64,000 bases of DNA from Candidatus Saccharimonadota bacterium. Its GTDB lineage: Bacteria > Patescibacteriota > Saccharimonadia > Saccharimonadales > AWTP1-31. Positions 19,549-29,623 of the stretch are shown one piece after another. Under the pieces are notes generated by a model. The model had not been told where the DNA came from. It did not search any database and worked only from the letters and a program-made list of their open reading frames with translations. Positions within the stretch are counted from its first letter, which is position 1. Every line of letters starts with the position of its first letter. The stretch is from positions 68,024 to 132,023 of the forward strand of contig JAPLYT010000003.1 in assembly GCA_026395435.1 (NCBI GenBank), in the 5' to 3' direction. Made by a program: the position numbers and the translations under genes.

Positions 19549-20658
19549 GTGAACATCGTTTGGCTTTCCTGGAAAGATATACATCACCCTGAAGCCGGCG
19601 GAGCTGAGCTCGTATCTGATAGAATCCGACAAAATCTTGTCAAAGACGGACACACCGTCACGCTTCTCACTGCATCATACGCTAGCTCAAAATCAGTAGA
19701 AAAAGTTAATGGCGTACGAACCTTGCGGCAAGGCGGAAAATTCAGTGTCTATATGAAGGCCCGCCAATCATACAAAAAAATTAGCGAACCAGTTGATTTG
19801 ATTATCGATGAAATGAATACCATTCCTTTTTTTGGCTGCTTTTATCCCGGATCCGCCAAAAAAGTTCTACTAACCTACCAGCTTGCTCGATCTGTCTGGT
19901 TTTATCAGATTATGTTCCCGTTATCTATAATCGGCTACACTTTGGAGCCACTCTACCTTCGATTACTATCTAAACGATATGCGCTCGTCCTGACAGAATC
20001 TGAGAGCACCAAGACTGACTTGCAACATTATGGTTTTAAGGCTGCAACTATCGAAGTCTTTCGAGTTGGCATGGAGACGAGCCGTCCAGCCCAACTTCCT
20101 AACGCGCCGAGTAGCAATAGTATAGTGTTTCTAGGCGCTCTGAGGCCCATGAAGCGCCCAATTGACGCCATACGAGCATTTGAATCTGCTCGTGATGACA
20201 ACTCCGCCCTAACGCTGACACTTGCCGGAAACACAAACGGATCGTATGCCAAAAAGGTCATAGCGTACGTAGCTCAATCAAGGCATCGTGATCATATCGT
20301 GATGGCCGGAAGAGTGAGTGAAAAAGAAAAGACAGATCTTCTCCGGAATGCTGATGCAATTCTCGTAACTTCAATAAAAGAAGGCTGGGGACTTATTGTC
20401 ACCGAAGCAAACAGCCAGGGCACTCCAGCAGTTGTCTATGATGCTGATGGCCTAAGAGATAGTGTCCTCAAAGATAAAACCGGTAAAATTGTGCCGTCTG
20501 GTGACTTCGCTGCTATGGGAGCTACACTCAACAAACTACTCAAAGATCCAATTCAGTATTCCAAAATTCGCAAAAACGCCTTTGAACATTCAAAGCAATT
20601 TACATTTAAGAATTCATACGCTGATTTCTGCTCTTTACTTGGCATGAAGAAGACTTAA
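19549..20658 (+). CDS. GT4 glycosyltransferase
   Basis: WKDIHHPEAGGAE, SIKEGWGLIVTEA. Confidence 0.9.
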   Translation: MNIVWLSWKDIHHPEAGGAELVSDRIRQNLVKDGHTVTLLTASYASSKSVEKVNGVRTLRQGGKFSVYMKARQSYKKISEPVDLIIDEMNTIPFFGCFYPGSAKKVLLTYQLARSVWFYQIMFPLSIIGYTLEPLYLRLLSKRYALVLTESESTKTDLQHYGFKAATIEVFRVGMETSRPAQLPNAPSSNSIVFLGALRPMKRPIDAIRAFESARDDNSALTLTLAGNTNGSYAKKVIAYVAQSRHRDHIVMAGRVSEKEKTDLLRNADAILVTSIKEGWGLIVTEANSQGTPAVVYDADGLRDSVLKDKTGKIVPSGDFAAMGATLNKLLKDPIQYSKIRKNAFEHSKQFTFKNSYADFCSLLGMKKT

Positions 20659-20709
20659 AGAATCAACGGAATAACCGTACAGAATATAAATTTTGATATA
20701 CTAAAGTGA

Positions 20710-21897
20710 ATGCAAAACCCTACTGCAAAAAAAATTAATGTGTTTGTAGACGGTGAAGTGCTCTGCCTTGATCATTTTAGTGGTATAGGCCACTACACTG
20801 CATCGCTGTTAAAAGAGATCGACACTTTGCTCGAAGATAAAAAATATGAGCATTTCAATGTCACTATCGGTGCGCCCTGGCGACTCGTGCATCGACTAGA
20901 ACGTTTTGGTTTCAAAAATATTACATCTAAGAAAATGCCCTTTGGACCTCATATTGCCAACGGTCTCAAACGATATGGCCTTCTTCCACCAATCGACTTA
21001 TTTTTCGGAAAACAAATATATGTTTTCCCACATTTTAGTTCATGGCCGACCATTATGAGTCCGTCGGTACCCATTATCTATGATCTTTCTTTCGTGTTGT
21101 ATCCAGAATTTTCTGAAGAGCGTAACCGATCACTCCTCGTCAAACAATCTGCTCTATCTGCAAAACGAGCAAACCGAATTATTACGATTTCTACCAACAG
21201 TAAAAAAGAAATAGCAGACGAATATGCATATGATGTCGAAAAGATTGATATTCTGTATCCGATTATTAGCCGTGCTGAGTTTTATCCACGTTCAAAGACA
21301 GAAATCCGGACCGTCAAGGCGAAATACGGAATATTTGAAGAATACCTATTGTATGTTGGTAATATCGAACCTCGCAAAAATCTAGTGACACTGCTAAAAG
21401 CGTACGATGGGTTAGACTCAAATCTGCAGAAGAAATATCCGCTTCTTCTTGTTGGCGCAAAGGGATGGAAAGATGACGAAATACACACGACCATCGCATC
21501 AATGCAGGCTCGAGGCCTTAAGGTAATCCAGCCAAACGATTACGTAGGTGATGAAGACATGCCAGCTTTAATTAGTGGCGCTACCGTTTTCGCCTATGTC
21601 AGTAAATATGAAGGTTTTGGAATACCTCCGGTCGAAGCGATGTTCTGCGGCACGCCAGTTGTAAGTAGCGACAACTCTTCTCTGCCTGAAGCGACAGGAA
21701 ATGCCGGAATGATGGTCAATGCCGATAGTCCTAAAGCTATCACAAAAGCTCTTAAAAGTTTATTGTCCGATGAAAGTATGCGCCGAGAATATAGAGATAA
21801 AGGTTTGAAGCATAGTCACAATAGTATGTTTAAAGTGGGTTCCAACGCAGAAAAATTCTTTGATTTAATCACTAACATAGAGATAGGAAAATCTTGA
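20710..21897 (+). CDS. GT4 glycosyltransferase (mannosyl/rhamnosyltransferase-like)
   Basis: SGIGHY, VGNIEPRKN, YEGFGIPPVEAM, SSLPE. Confidence 0.92.
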   Translation: MQNPTAKKINVFVDGEVLCLDHFSGIGHYTASLLKEIDTLLEDKKYEHFNVTIGAPWRLVHRLERFGFKNITSKKMPFGPHIANGLKRYGLLPPIDLFFGKQIYVFPHFSSWPTIMSPSVPIIYDLSFVLYPEFSEERNRSLLVKQSALSAKRANRIITISTNSKKEIADEYAYDVEKIDILYPIISRAEFYPRSKTEIRTVKAKYGIFEEYLLYVGNIEPRKNLVTLLKAYDGLDSNLQKKYPLLLVGAKGWKDDEIHTTIASMQARGLKVIQPNDYVGDEDMPALISGATVFAYVSKYEGFGIPPVEAMFCGTPVVSSDNSSLPEATGNAGMMVNADSPKAITKALKSLLSDESMRREYRDKGLKHSHNSMFKVGSNAEKFFDLITNIEIGKS

Positions 21898-21898
21898 A

Positions 21899-22900
21899 AT
21901 GAGTACCATTAAAAAAGCTCTCGTAAGAATTCCTGTATTAGGATATCTCCTACGCCTAGGATTAAGTATCGTACAACTACCACGATATATAACGCAATTA
22001 AAGGATACTGCTCAAAAAAATACCCTTGAAATCGAAAACCTAAAACAGAAAACAACTCGCGCAAATACAAAAATCATCGAGCTTATAGAAAACAATGCGA
22101 CACTCGAATCTGAGTTAATAACGACGCATAGAAAGATATCTGAATTAAAAATACATTCTGAAAAAACTCACAGTAAACCCGTGGCAGTTACTAATGAGGC
22201 GAACATGAGTGATGCTCAGAAATCAAATATCTTAGCCGACGATCATAGTCTTGATGATTTCTATGTGTCATTTGAGGATTCTTTTAGAGGCAGCGAGCAG
22301 GTTATATTAGAGCGGTTACAAGTATACGTGCCGTATTTTAAAGCCTTAAAAAAAATAAATTCCTCTAAAAAACCCGTTCTCGATATCGGATGCGGGCGCG
22401 GTGAATTCCTGGAACTTATGAAAACTAATAAACTAGATGCAATTGGCCTAGATCTTAATGAAACCATGGTAAAACTTTCAGTTAAACGCGGATTCAAGGC
22501 CACTCAAGCAAATGCTATTAGCTATATGGCAGACCAGAAAGCTAAAAGCTTCAGCGCCATAACTGGCTTCCATATTGTCGAACATATTCATTTCAGTGAA
22601 CTGCTGCAACTCTTCAAAGAATCATACCGAGCCCTTGAGAATGACGGTTTCGTTTTATTTGAAACTCCAAACCCAGAGAATCTCAGCGTAGGAGCTTTTA
22701 GCTTTTATTACGATCCTTCACATTTACGACCAATTCCGCCAGAATTCCTAAAATTTTGTCTCACGTATGTCGGATTCAAGAAAGTAAAGATCATTCCACT
22801 CCATCCTGCCCTCGAAGTTTCCTACGAAGATGAAGTCATCAATAGTACCGTAAAGAAGCTATTTGGCCCCCAGGATTACGCCGTTATAGGTTATAAATAA
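21899..22900 (+). CDS. Coiled-coil plus SAM methyltransferase (putative glycan chain terminator)
   Basis: Heptad-rich N-terminal third; FEDSFRGS, VLDIGCGRGEF, HIVEH, ETPNP, YDPSH. Confidence 0.82.
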   Translation: MSTIKKALVRIPVLGYLLRLGLSIVQLPRYITQLKDTAQKNTLEIENLKQKTTRANTKIIELIENNATLESELITTHRKISELKIHSEKTHSKPVAVTNEANMSDAQKSNILADDHSLDDFYVSFEDSFRGSEQVILERLQVYVPYFKALKKINSSKKPVLDIGCGRGEFLELMKTNKLDAIGLDLNETMVKLSVKRGFKATQANAISYMADQKAKSFSAITGFHIVEHIHFSELLQLFKESYRALENDGFVLFETPNPENLSVGAFSFYYDPSHLRPIPPEFLKFCLTYVGFKKVKIIPLHPALEVSYEDEVINSTVKKLFGPQDYAVIGYK

Positions 22901-22916
22901 ACCTTAAAACTATTAA

Positions 22917-24095
22917 TTATTTTTGTGAAATATCAAAATCAAGGTCTATTGCATACGCAACTTGCCTATCACGTCGCACCGTAAAAGGCTGAGCATCTTC
23001 CCAAAAATCATGTACTGTTACGCCATCCTCATGCGTAATAACTACGTCAATATTGTATGACCCATCACTGAATACATTCGGGAAAGACCACGTTATAGTG
23101 CTCGAATCTCCTTTGTCCAATGATTTTGTCTTGCTTCGCATTATCGTCGTATTGGTTCCAGCAACCTGCTGCCCTGCGCTTGTCTTTATCCTCAAGCCAA
23201 GTACATAATTAGAAACAGGCTGTTCTGCTGTAATAGTCTGCTTGATATCGATCGTCTTTTCATTTACGGTAATTGAAACAGTATCGTAATATACCTTACG
23301 ATCGCCCATCCTCTTGCCGTTATTTTTTACGGTAGCATCTTGTTTCGTGTCTGAGTTGAAAAGTCTAGTGTATGCTATCGCAACTTTTTCTGGCGAGCCA
23401 CTAAGAATTAATTTGCTCGATTCTATTAGTACGGCCCGATCGCAATACTGTCGTACCGCTTCCATGTCATGGCTCACAAAAATTACCGTCTTTTCATCAT
23501 GTTTTAATTGTTTAAAATAATCGAAACATTTGCGCTGGAAGTCAGCATCACCGACTGCAAGGACTTCGTCAATAAGCAACACATCAGCCTTAGCTCGTAC
23601 TGCCATAGAGAACGCAAGACGAACTTGCATACCCGAAGAGTAGTTCTTGAGCTGTTGATCCATGAATTTTCCGAGCTCTGCAAATTCAACGATTTCGTCA
23701 TATTGCGCTTCGATTTCTTTTCGGCTAAAGCCAAGTAATGCACCATTCAAGTAGACGTTTTCTCTACCGGTAAGTTCTGGGTTGAAGCCAACACCTAACT
23801 CGATAAACGGCACAAGCTTACCTGATACATGAATCTTACCAGAGTTTGGCTGATAGATTCCAGCGATCATCTTAAGTAAGGTGCTTTTACCACTTCCATT
23901 CCGTCCGACAATCCCAAAAAATTCACCTTTTTTTATATCAAAAGATACGTCAGTGAGCGCGTGCTGAACATCTTTTTTAGCAACTTCGCTGTTCTTAAAC
24001 GTGCTCGTGAGAAGACTCTTTATTGTTCCAGCACGGCCGCTGGTATAGTGAAAATTCTTTGATACATTCTGGACTCGAATTGCGAAATCATCCAT
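22917..24095 (-). CDS. wzt: Polysaccharide ABC transporter ATPase with C-terminal Wzt_C domain
   Basis: GRNGSGKST, YSSGMQVRLAF, IDEVLAVGD, VSHD; ~140-aa C-terminal extension. Confidence 0.93.
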   Translation of the reverse strand: MDDFAIRVQNVSKNFHYTSGRAGTIKSLLTSTFKNSEVAKKDVQHALTDVSFDIKKGEFFGIVGRNGSGKSTLLKMIAGIYQPNSGKIHVSGKLVPFIELGVGFNPELTGRENVYLNGALLGFSRKEIEAQYDEIVEFAELGKFMDQQLKNYSSGMQVRLAFSMAVRAKADVLLIDEVLAVGDADFQRKCFDYFKQLKHDEKTVIFVSHDMEAVRQYCDRAVLIESSKLILSGSPEKVAIAYTRLFNSDTKQDATVKNNGKRMGDRKVYYDTVSITVNEKTIDIKQTITAEQPVSNYVLGLRIKTSAGQQVAGTNTTIMRSKTKSLDKGDSSTITWSFPNVFSDGSYNIDVVITHEDGVTVHDFWEDAQPFTVRRDRQVAYAIDLDFDISQK

Positions 24096-24097
24096 GA

Positions 24098-24901
24098 CTA
24101 CACCTCCTCCGCAAAGTAACGAGAACGAGCTCTAAAATAAGCAACAGCTATGATAACGCTACCCAAGACGATAGACAATGGCACAAGTCTGATCGACTGA
24201 GTACCATACACGGAACTAATAGTTTGGGCTTTATCGGTTACTAAAACGTATCTCATATCTTGGATAATCTGAGCTACGGGGTTTAACATAAGTATTTTTG
24301 CTGCGTCTAATGGCACCTTGGATAGTGGGTAGAGTATTGGAGTTGCATAAAATGCCCCTTGCATAACTACGTCCCAGATATAACTTATGTCCCTAAATCG
24401 GACGAAAGCCGCACTCAAGAAAAAAGCTAAAGCAAGTGAAAAAATGAATAATTCAACAATAAAAATAGGGAATGTAAGAGCAACCATTCTAACGTCAACT
24501 TTATTGAGATACATAAACAAAGCAACGATAATCATATTCAGCGTTAAGTTAATAAGTGCTGAAAATGAATTGGACAGAATAATAACGTATTTCGGGAAGT
24601 TTATCTTGCGTATAAGATCGCCTTTTGAAACAATCACGCTCACACTACCTGTTGTGACTTCTACGAAAAAATTCCACAGTATAATACCCAGAAGTAGGTA
24701 TACCGGGTAGTGTGGAACATCTCTCCCCACATCAAGGAACTTTGTAAAAACTACGTACAAAATGACGAATATCGCCAGTGGGCGAAGGAGTGACCAAATA
24801 TACCCCAAGAATGAACCTTGGTAACGTAATTTAAAGTCAGTTTTGACTAACTGCTTAAGTAGAATGGTCGAATATCGATACCGTTGTTTCAGATTTTGCA
24901 C
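24098..24901 (-). CDS. wzm: Polysaccharide ABC transporter permease
   Basis: DFKLRYQGSFLGYIWSLLRP, FRDI, YATPILYP, LNPV. Confidence 0.93.
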   Translation of the reverse strand: MQNLKQRYRYSTILLKQLVKTDFKLRYQGSFLGYIWSLLRPLAIFVILYVVFTKFLDVGRDVPHYPVYLLLGIILWNFFVEVTTGSVSVIVSKGDLIRKINFPKYVIILSNSFSALINLTLNMIIVALFMYLNKVDVRMVALTFPIFIVELFIFSLALAFFLSAAFVRFRDISYIWDVVMQGAFYATPILYPLSKVPLDAAKILMLNPVAQIIQDMRYVLVTDKAQTISSVYGTQSIRLVPLSIVLGSVIIAVAYFRARSRYFAEEV

Positions 24902-24965
24902 GTATCTATATTTTAGAGTGTTTTATACTGTACGGCAATGATACATTACGCATATACTAGTAGCT

Positions 24966-25892
24966 ATGAGTGAAAAAATTATGGTCGTAGGAGTGAATGG
25001 TTTTGTTGGTAAACATCTTGCACGAGAATTGCATGGTCAGAATTTTGAAGTCTACGGTACTGGAATGGATGATGGCATTGCACCTGAAATAGCCGACCAC
25101 GTGTCAAACTACACAAAGTGTGATCTCACGGTTGTTGGTCAAATAGAGCGCCTGGACTTTGAGGGTGTTACAGCAGTCATAAATCTTGCCGGTCTTGCGA
25201 ACGTCGGTGCGTCTTTTGGAAATGAAGCACAATACAACGCCGTCAACGTTGCCGTACATACGAATATAGTTGATCGAATCCAGACACTTGGCAGGAACAT
25301 CAGAGTCTTGGCAATTAGTACAGGCGCCGTATACGACAACCATCAGCCCATGCCTTTATCAGAAGATGGTGCGCTTGCGTCAGAGGCCTCCCCATATGCA
25401 CTAAGTAAAATCGCAATGGAAGAAGCCTTAGAGGTTATGATCGGAGATGGACAAGATATCATCATTGCGAGACCGTTCAATCATATTGGTCCAGGCCAAC
25501 TAGGCGGCTTCTTGGTGCCCGACCTTGCGCAACAAATTCATAGTTCTGATGAAGTTACCGTCGGAAATCTTGAGACAGAACGTGACTATACTGACGTGCG
25601 AGATGTGGTTCGTGCCTATATCTTACTTGCTACAAAACCAGAGCTAGCCCACCGGATCTATAATGTGTGCTCTGGGAAAAGTGTTAAAGGAACGTCTATC
25701 CTGGAACTCATTAAAACAGGCCTTCAAAAGGAAGATATTCCGGTTATCGTCGATCAGTCAAAAATACGACCAAATGATCCCGAAAGAGTAGTCGGCTCTA
25801 ATGCTCGCATACTTGCCGAGACAGGATGGAAACCAACCTATGAGCTTAGCCAAACGATTTCAGACTACTTAGATTCTGCTTTTAAGTCGTGA
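24966..25892 (+). CDS. rmd: GDP-4-keto-6-deoxy-D-mannose reductase (GDP-D-rhamnose synthesis)
   Basis: GVNGFVG, SPYALSK, ARPFNHIGPGQ, VGNLETERDYTDVRDVVRAY; adjacent to gmd. Confidence 0.8.
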   Translation: MSEKIMVVGVNGFVGKHLARELHGQNFEVYGTGMDDGIAPEIADHVSNYTKCDLTVVGQIERLDFEGVTAVINLAGLANVGASFGNEAQYNAVNVAVHTNIVDRIQTLGRNIRVLAISTGAVYDNHQPMPLSEDGALASEASPYALSKIAMEEALEVMIGDGQDIIIARPFNHIGPGQLGGFLVPDLAQQIHSSDEVTVGNLETERDYTDVRDVVRAYILLATKPELAHRIYNVCSGKSVKGTSILELIKTGLQKEDIPVIVDQSKIRPNDPERVVGSNARILAETGWKPTYELSQTISDYLDSAFKS

Positions 25893-26905
25893 TCGACCAT
25901 TAGTTTTACGAGACCCGGGAAGTCCACTTTGCGCTTCCAACCTAAGACTGTTTCGGCCTTAGTTGGGTCACCGAGAAGTAGATCTACCTCTGATGGGCGG
26001 AAAAATTCGGGATTGATTGCAATGAGCACTTCGTTGGTTTCGCTATTGAGACCTTTTTCATCGACGCCGCTGCCTGACCATGAAATCGTAATACCAATTT
26101 CCTTGAAGGCTAGCTCACAGAATTCACGGATCGTATGCGTCTCTCCGGTAGCGAGCACGTAATCATCAGGCTCGTCCTGTTGGAGCATCCGCCACATTCC
26201 TTCCACGTAATCACCCGCATAACCCCAATCTCGCTTAGCGTCGAGGTTGCCGAGTTCGATAGATTCCTGAAGTCCTAGTTTTATTCGAGCAACAGCTTGG
26301 CTGATCTTTCGAGTGACGAATTCAGGGCCACGGCGTTCACCTTCGTGATTGAAAAGGATACCCGTGACGTTAAACATGCCGTAGTTTTCTCGATAGTTCT
26401 TGGTGATCCAGTGGCCGTATAATTTGGCAACGCCATAAGGGCTACGCGGATGAAAGGCTGCATCTTCTGTGTAGCCGGTTTCTGGCCGATTATATTCGAG
26501 TCCGCCAAACATTTCACTCGTTGAAGCCTGGTAAAACCTCGTAGTTTTTTCCAGCCCTGCAAGTCGAATCGCCTCCAGAACGTTGAGGACACCTTTGCCA
26601 GTGACATCGGCCGTAAGTACAGGATCTCGAAACGAGTAGCCAACATGACTTATTGCAGCGAGGTTATAGACTTCATCAGGTTTAATTTCTTGCATTGCAC
26701 GAGTAAGTGCCGAAAGATCAAGCAGATCAGCCATTATGAGGTTCGCATAGGGCATCTCGGTACGAACTTGTTGATACCTCGGGTGGCTGGCTTCTAACTG
26801 ACCTCGAATAACACCGTAAACTTCATAACCTTTTTCGTGCAAGAGAGCAGCGAGGTGTCCACCGTCTTGTCCGGCGATACCAGTGATAAGTGCTTTCTTA
26901 GCCAT
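25865..26905 (-). CDS. gmd: GDP-mannose 4,6-dehydratase
   Basis: LITGIAGQDG, YQASTSE, PRSPYGVAK, LFNHE, FVTRKI, LGNLDAKRDWG. Confidence 0.95.
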   Translation of the reverse strand: MAKKALITGIAGQDGGHLAALLHEKGYEVYGVIRGQLEASHPRYQQVRTEMPYANLIMADLLDLSALTRAMQEIKPDEVYNLAAISHVGYSFRDPVLTADVTGKGVLNVLEAIRLAGLEKTTRFYQASTSEMFGGLEYNRPETGYTEDAAFHPRSPYGVAKLYGHWITKNYRENYGMFNVTGILFNHEGERRGPEFVTRKISQAVARIKLGLQESIELGNLDAKRDWGYAGDYVEGMWRMLQQDEPDDYVLATGETHTIREFCELAFKEIGITISWSGSGVDEKGLNSETNEVLIAINPEFFRPSEVDLLLGDPTKAETVLGWKRKVDFPGLVKLMVDHDLKAESK

Positions 26906-27102
26906 TACGCTACAGCCTGTTCGTTAACTGGTATAACTAGAGCACCGACCAAAGATAAAACAGGTACGGGTTCACCGGCATGAATCAGATGATAGTTTTC
27001 TCCCAGTGCTTCTGTGTAGACTTCCACTGCCTCAGGTGTTGCTGGGTCTAGACCCTCTTTTGAGGTAAAATCGTTAAAACTTCCGGGGCTTGATTCTGAC
27101 AC
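26905..27102 (-). CDS. Small acidic hypothetical protein coupled to gmd
   Basis: GTG start preceded by AAGGAG; stop overlaps the gmd ATG (TAATG). Confidence 0.55.
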   Translation of the reverse strand: MSESSPGSFNDFTSKEGLDPATPEAVEVYTEALGENYHLIHAGEPVPVLSLVGALVIPVNEQAVA

Positions 27103-27166
27103 GTTTGTCTCCTTCGTTTACTGTGACATTATTATACCTAAAAAATAACGCTTAAAGGTTGTAATA

Positions 27167-28459
27167 TTAGCTCTTATGGTTCGATAGGGGCTTTTGTCCG
27201 AGAACCAAACCGGCCGTGATCCACCACGTTGCCGCAATCGCCTCATTAGTCCATAGGTGCATAATAAGACAAAGAACGGCGTAGGCCGCTGCACTGGCAA
27301 GCAAACTACTTGAGAGCAAACTGGAATTTTTTGATAGTCTGAAAAGTATGTATCCCCAAATAATAAGGAATAGAGCCAGGCCAATTATTCCAACTTCATA
27401 CCCTATCTGGACAAAGTAATTTTCAGTCAAAACCCCTCCCTTAGGATTTTGTATCGATACAATACCAGCGGTACCTGGGCCATGCCCCTGTGGCCGCTTT
27501 ACGATGGCCTTTGCGCCGTCAGCAGCCAAGCGAGCATGCAGTTCATTAGAATCTTCGGTAGCCTTGGTTGATTCATCGCTATGAAGGATGATGTTTTGGA
27601 CGACATATTGATCACGATGAACGTAGCCCAACGTTCCAAAAACTACTACCGCTGCAAAGAATCCGATAGTAAGAGGTTTTGCATACTCCAATAACCAACC
27701 GCGGAACCGTAGACCAATAATTGCCGCAATTGCAATAATCGCACCGAGCAGTCCTCCTCTTGAAAATGTGAGAAACAAGGCAAGACTCATAAGCAGCGTT
27801 AAGCCACCGAACAACATTCGTCGTTTTTTATTGTTAAAAAATAATCCAATCGAAATACACAGCGGAAGAATGAGGTAGGCAGCCAGCGAGTTTGGGTCGC
27901 GCAATGTCGACATTATTCGAGGAAGATCAGCTTTATCATCAATGAAGAAATTAGGTTTTACCCCTCGCTCTATACTGTAGCCAAAATGGCCGAGAATATC
28001 TTTTGGAAGAAAATATTGCAAGATTCCAAGCACTGAGACAATACCAGCGACTATAAGTACTAGCTTAATTATCTTGGTATTTGAGATTTCATGAGGAGCA
28101 AGCAGTGCCGCGCCAAAGCCTAACACTGCATACGCAATTACTCGAAGGTTATATAGTGTGCCCAAAAGAGCAGTTTTCGTGTAGATATCAGGATTAATTG
28201 CCCAGACAATTGCATAGCTCATTACATACAGGGAAAAAAGTCCAACAAGAACGTTAAAGACTTTGTTTTGTTTTCGTAGTGCATATACCAATACAACGGT
28301 CACTACACTCAATAAGACTGTGAGTACGTCTTTACCGAGCTTCCACGCATCGAGTCCTCCTGTCAGTAGACTCAGCGACTGTGAAAGAAAAATATGAAAG
28401 GGCATATAGGCCAGTAGAAGATAGGAGCCGCGAGCTGGTAGGCGTTTGATAGTTTCCAT
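27167..28459 (-). CDS. O-antigen ligase / oligosaccharyltransferase-like (Wzy_C) membrane protein
   Basis: R..STLRDPNSLAAYL, LTFSRGG, P.GHGPG, ENYFVQIGYEVGIIGL. Confidence 0.85.
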   Translation of the reverse strand: METIKRLPARGSYLLLAYMPFHIFLSQSLSLLTGGLDAWKLGKDVLTVLLSVVTVVLVYALRKQNKVFNVLVGLFSLYVMSYAIVWAINPDIYTKTALLGTLYNLRVIAYAVLGFGAALLAPHEISNTKIIKLVLIVAGIVSVLGILQYFLPKDILGHFGYSIERGVKPNFFIDDKADLPRIMSTLRDPNSLAAYLILPLCISIGLFFNNKKRRMLFGGLTLLMSLALFLTFSRGGLLGAIIAIAAIIGLRFRGWLLEYAKPLTIGFFAAVVVFGTLGYVHRDQYVVQNIILHSDESTKATEDSNELHARLAADGAKAIVKRPQGHGPGTAGIVSIQNPKGGVLTENYFVQIGYEVGIIGLALFLIIWGYILFRLSKNSSLLSSSLLASAAAYAVLCLIMHLWTNEAIAATWWITAGLVLGQKPLSNHKS

Positions 28460-28477
28460 TCTATAATTGTACGCATA

Positions 28478-29623
28478 ATGACTAAAAACGACCTAGAAAA
28501 AAGCCAAGAGATTCATAAAAAGCATATTGTCATTGATGCCCGTATTCGCAGAGCCAGTACCGGACGATATGTGGACAGGCTTGTGGAACACTTGCAAGAT
28601 ATAGATCAGCAGAATCGATATTCAATCTTAATTAATCCGGAGGACACATGGAAGCCTCGTGCAGAGAATTTTGAAGCTGTGCCATGCCCGTATGCTCAGT
28701 TCTCGCTTAATCCTGGTGAGCAATTTGGTTTTGCTCGCCAACTTAAAAATCTAAAGGCCGATCTGGTCCACTTCACATTGAATCAACAACCTCTGTTATA
28801 TCGTGGTAAACGAGTGACATCAACGCTTGACCTCACTATGCTCCGCTTCACGCGTGCCGGCAAAACACCAGTACCAATTTTTTGGATTAAGATGCTTGGC
28901 TACCGATTTTTATTTTGGTATAGCAACAAAAAATCTGAAGCAATTATTACCATCAGCAACTACGTCAAAGATGACCTGGCCCGACATTATTCATTTACAA
29001 AAGGGAAGACCACGAGCACCTATTGTGCCAGTGAACCCCCCTTGCCTGGCAAGCCTAAGTCTCCACAATATATCGACAGTAAAACCCCGTTTCTATTGTA
29101 TGTCGGGACCGCTTTCCCTCACAAAAACCTCACAGCCGTTATCGACGCGCTCCCTGCTCTGCAAATCGATCACCCCAAGCTCAAACTAGTGCTCGTAGGT
29201 AAAAAGGAGCAATACTACGAAAAGATCGACCAATATATCCAAGATCGGAATTATGAAGATAGCGTAATTACAACTGGGTACATTGAAGATTCTGAACTTA
29301 AGTGGCTCTATCAACACTGTGTCGCATATGTCTTCCCGAGTCTCAGTGAAGGATTTGGACTACCAGGACTTGAAGCTATGGTGCATGGCGCTCCAGTTGT
29401 CAGTAGCAATGCCACCTGCTTACCTGAGGTTTATGGCGACGCCGCATTGTATTTCAATCCAAAAGATTCTGACGATATCGTTCAAAAGATATCAAGAATA
29501 CTCACCGATACCGAATTCCGAACACTACTCATAGCCCGAGGTCACAAACAGGCAGCTACATACTCTTGGCGTCGCATGGCCGAGCAAACTCTTGAGGTAT
29601 ATACCAAGGTTTTAAATTCATGA
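28478..29623 (+). CDS. GT4 glycosyltransferase
   Basis: IDAR..TGRY, YVGTAFPHKN, PSLSEGFGLPGLEAM. Confidence 0.92.
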   Translation: MTKNDLEKSQEIHKKHIVIDARIRRASTGRYVDRLVEHLQDIDQQNRYSILINPEDTWKPRAENFEAVPCPYAQFSLNPGEQFGFARQLKNLKADLVHFTLNQQPLLYRGKRVTSTLDLTMLRFTRAGKTPVPIFWIKMLGYRFLFWYSNKKSEAIITISNYVKDDLARHYSFTKGKTTSTYCASEPPLPGKPKSPQYIDSKTPFLLYVGTAFPHKNLTAVIDALPALQIDHPKLKLVLVGKKEQYYEKIDQYIQDRNYEDSVITTGYIEDSELKWLYQHCVAYVFPSLSEGFGLPGLEAMVHGAPVVSSNATCLPEVYGDAALYFNPKDSDDIVQKISRILTDTEFRTLLIARGHKQAATYSWRRMAEQTLEVYTKVLNS

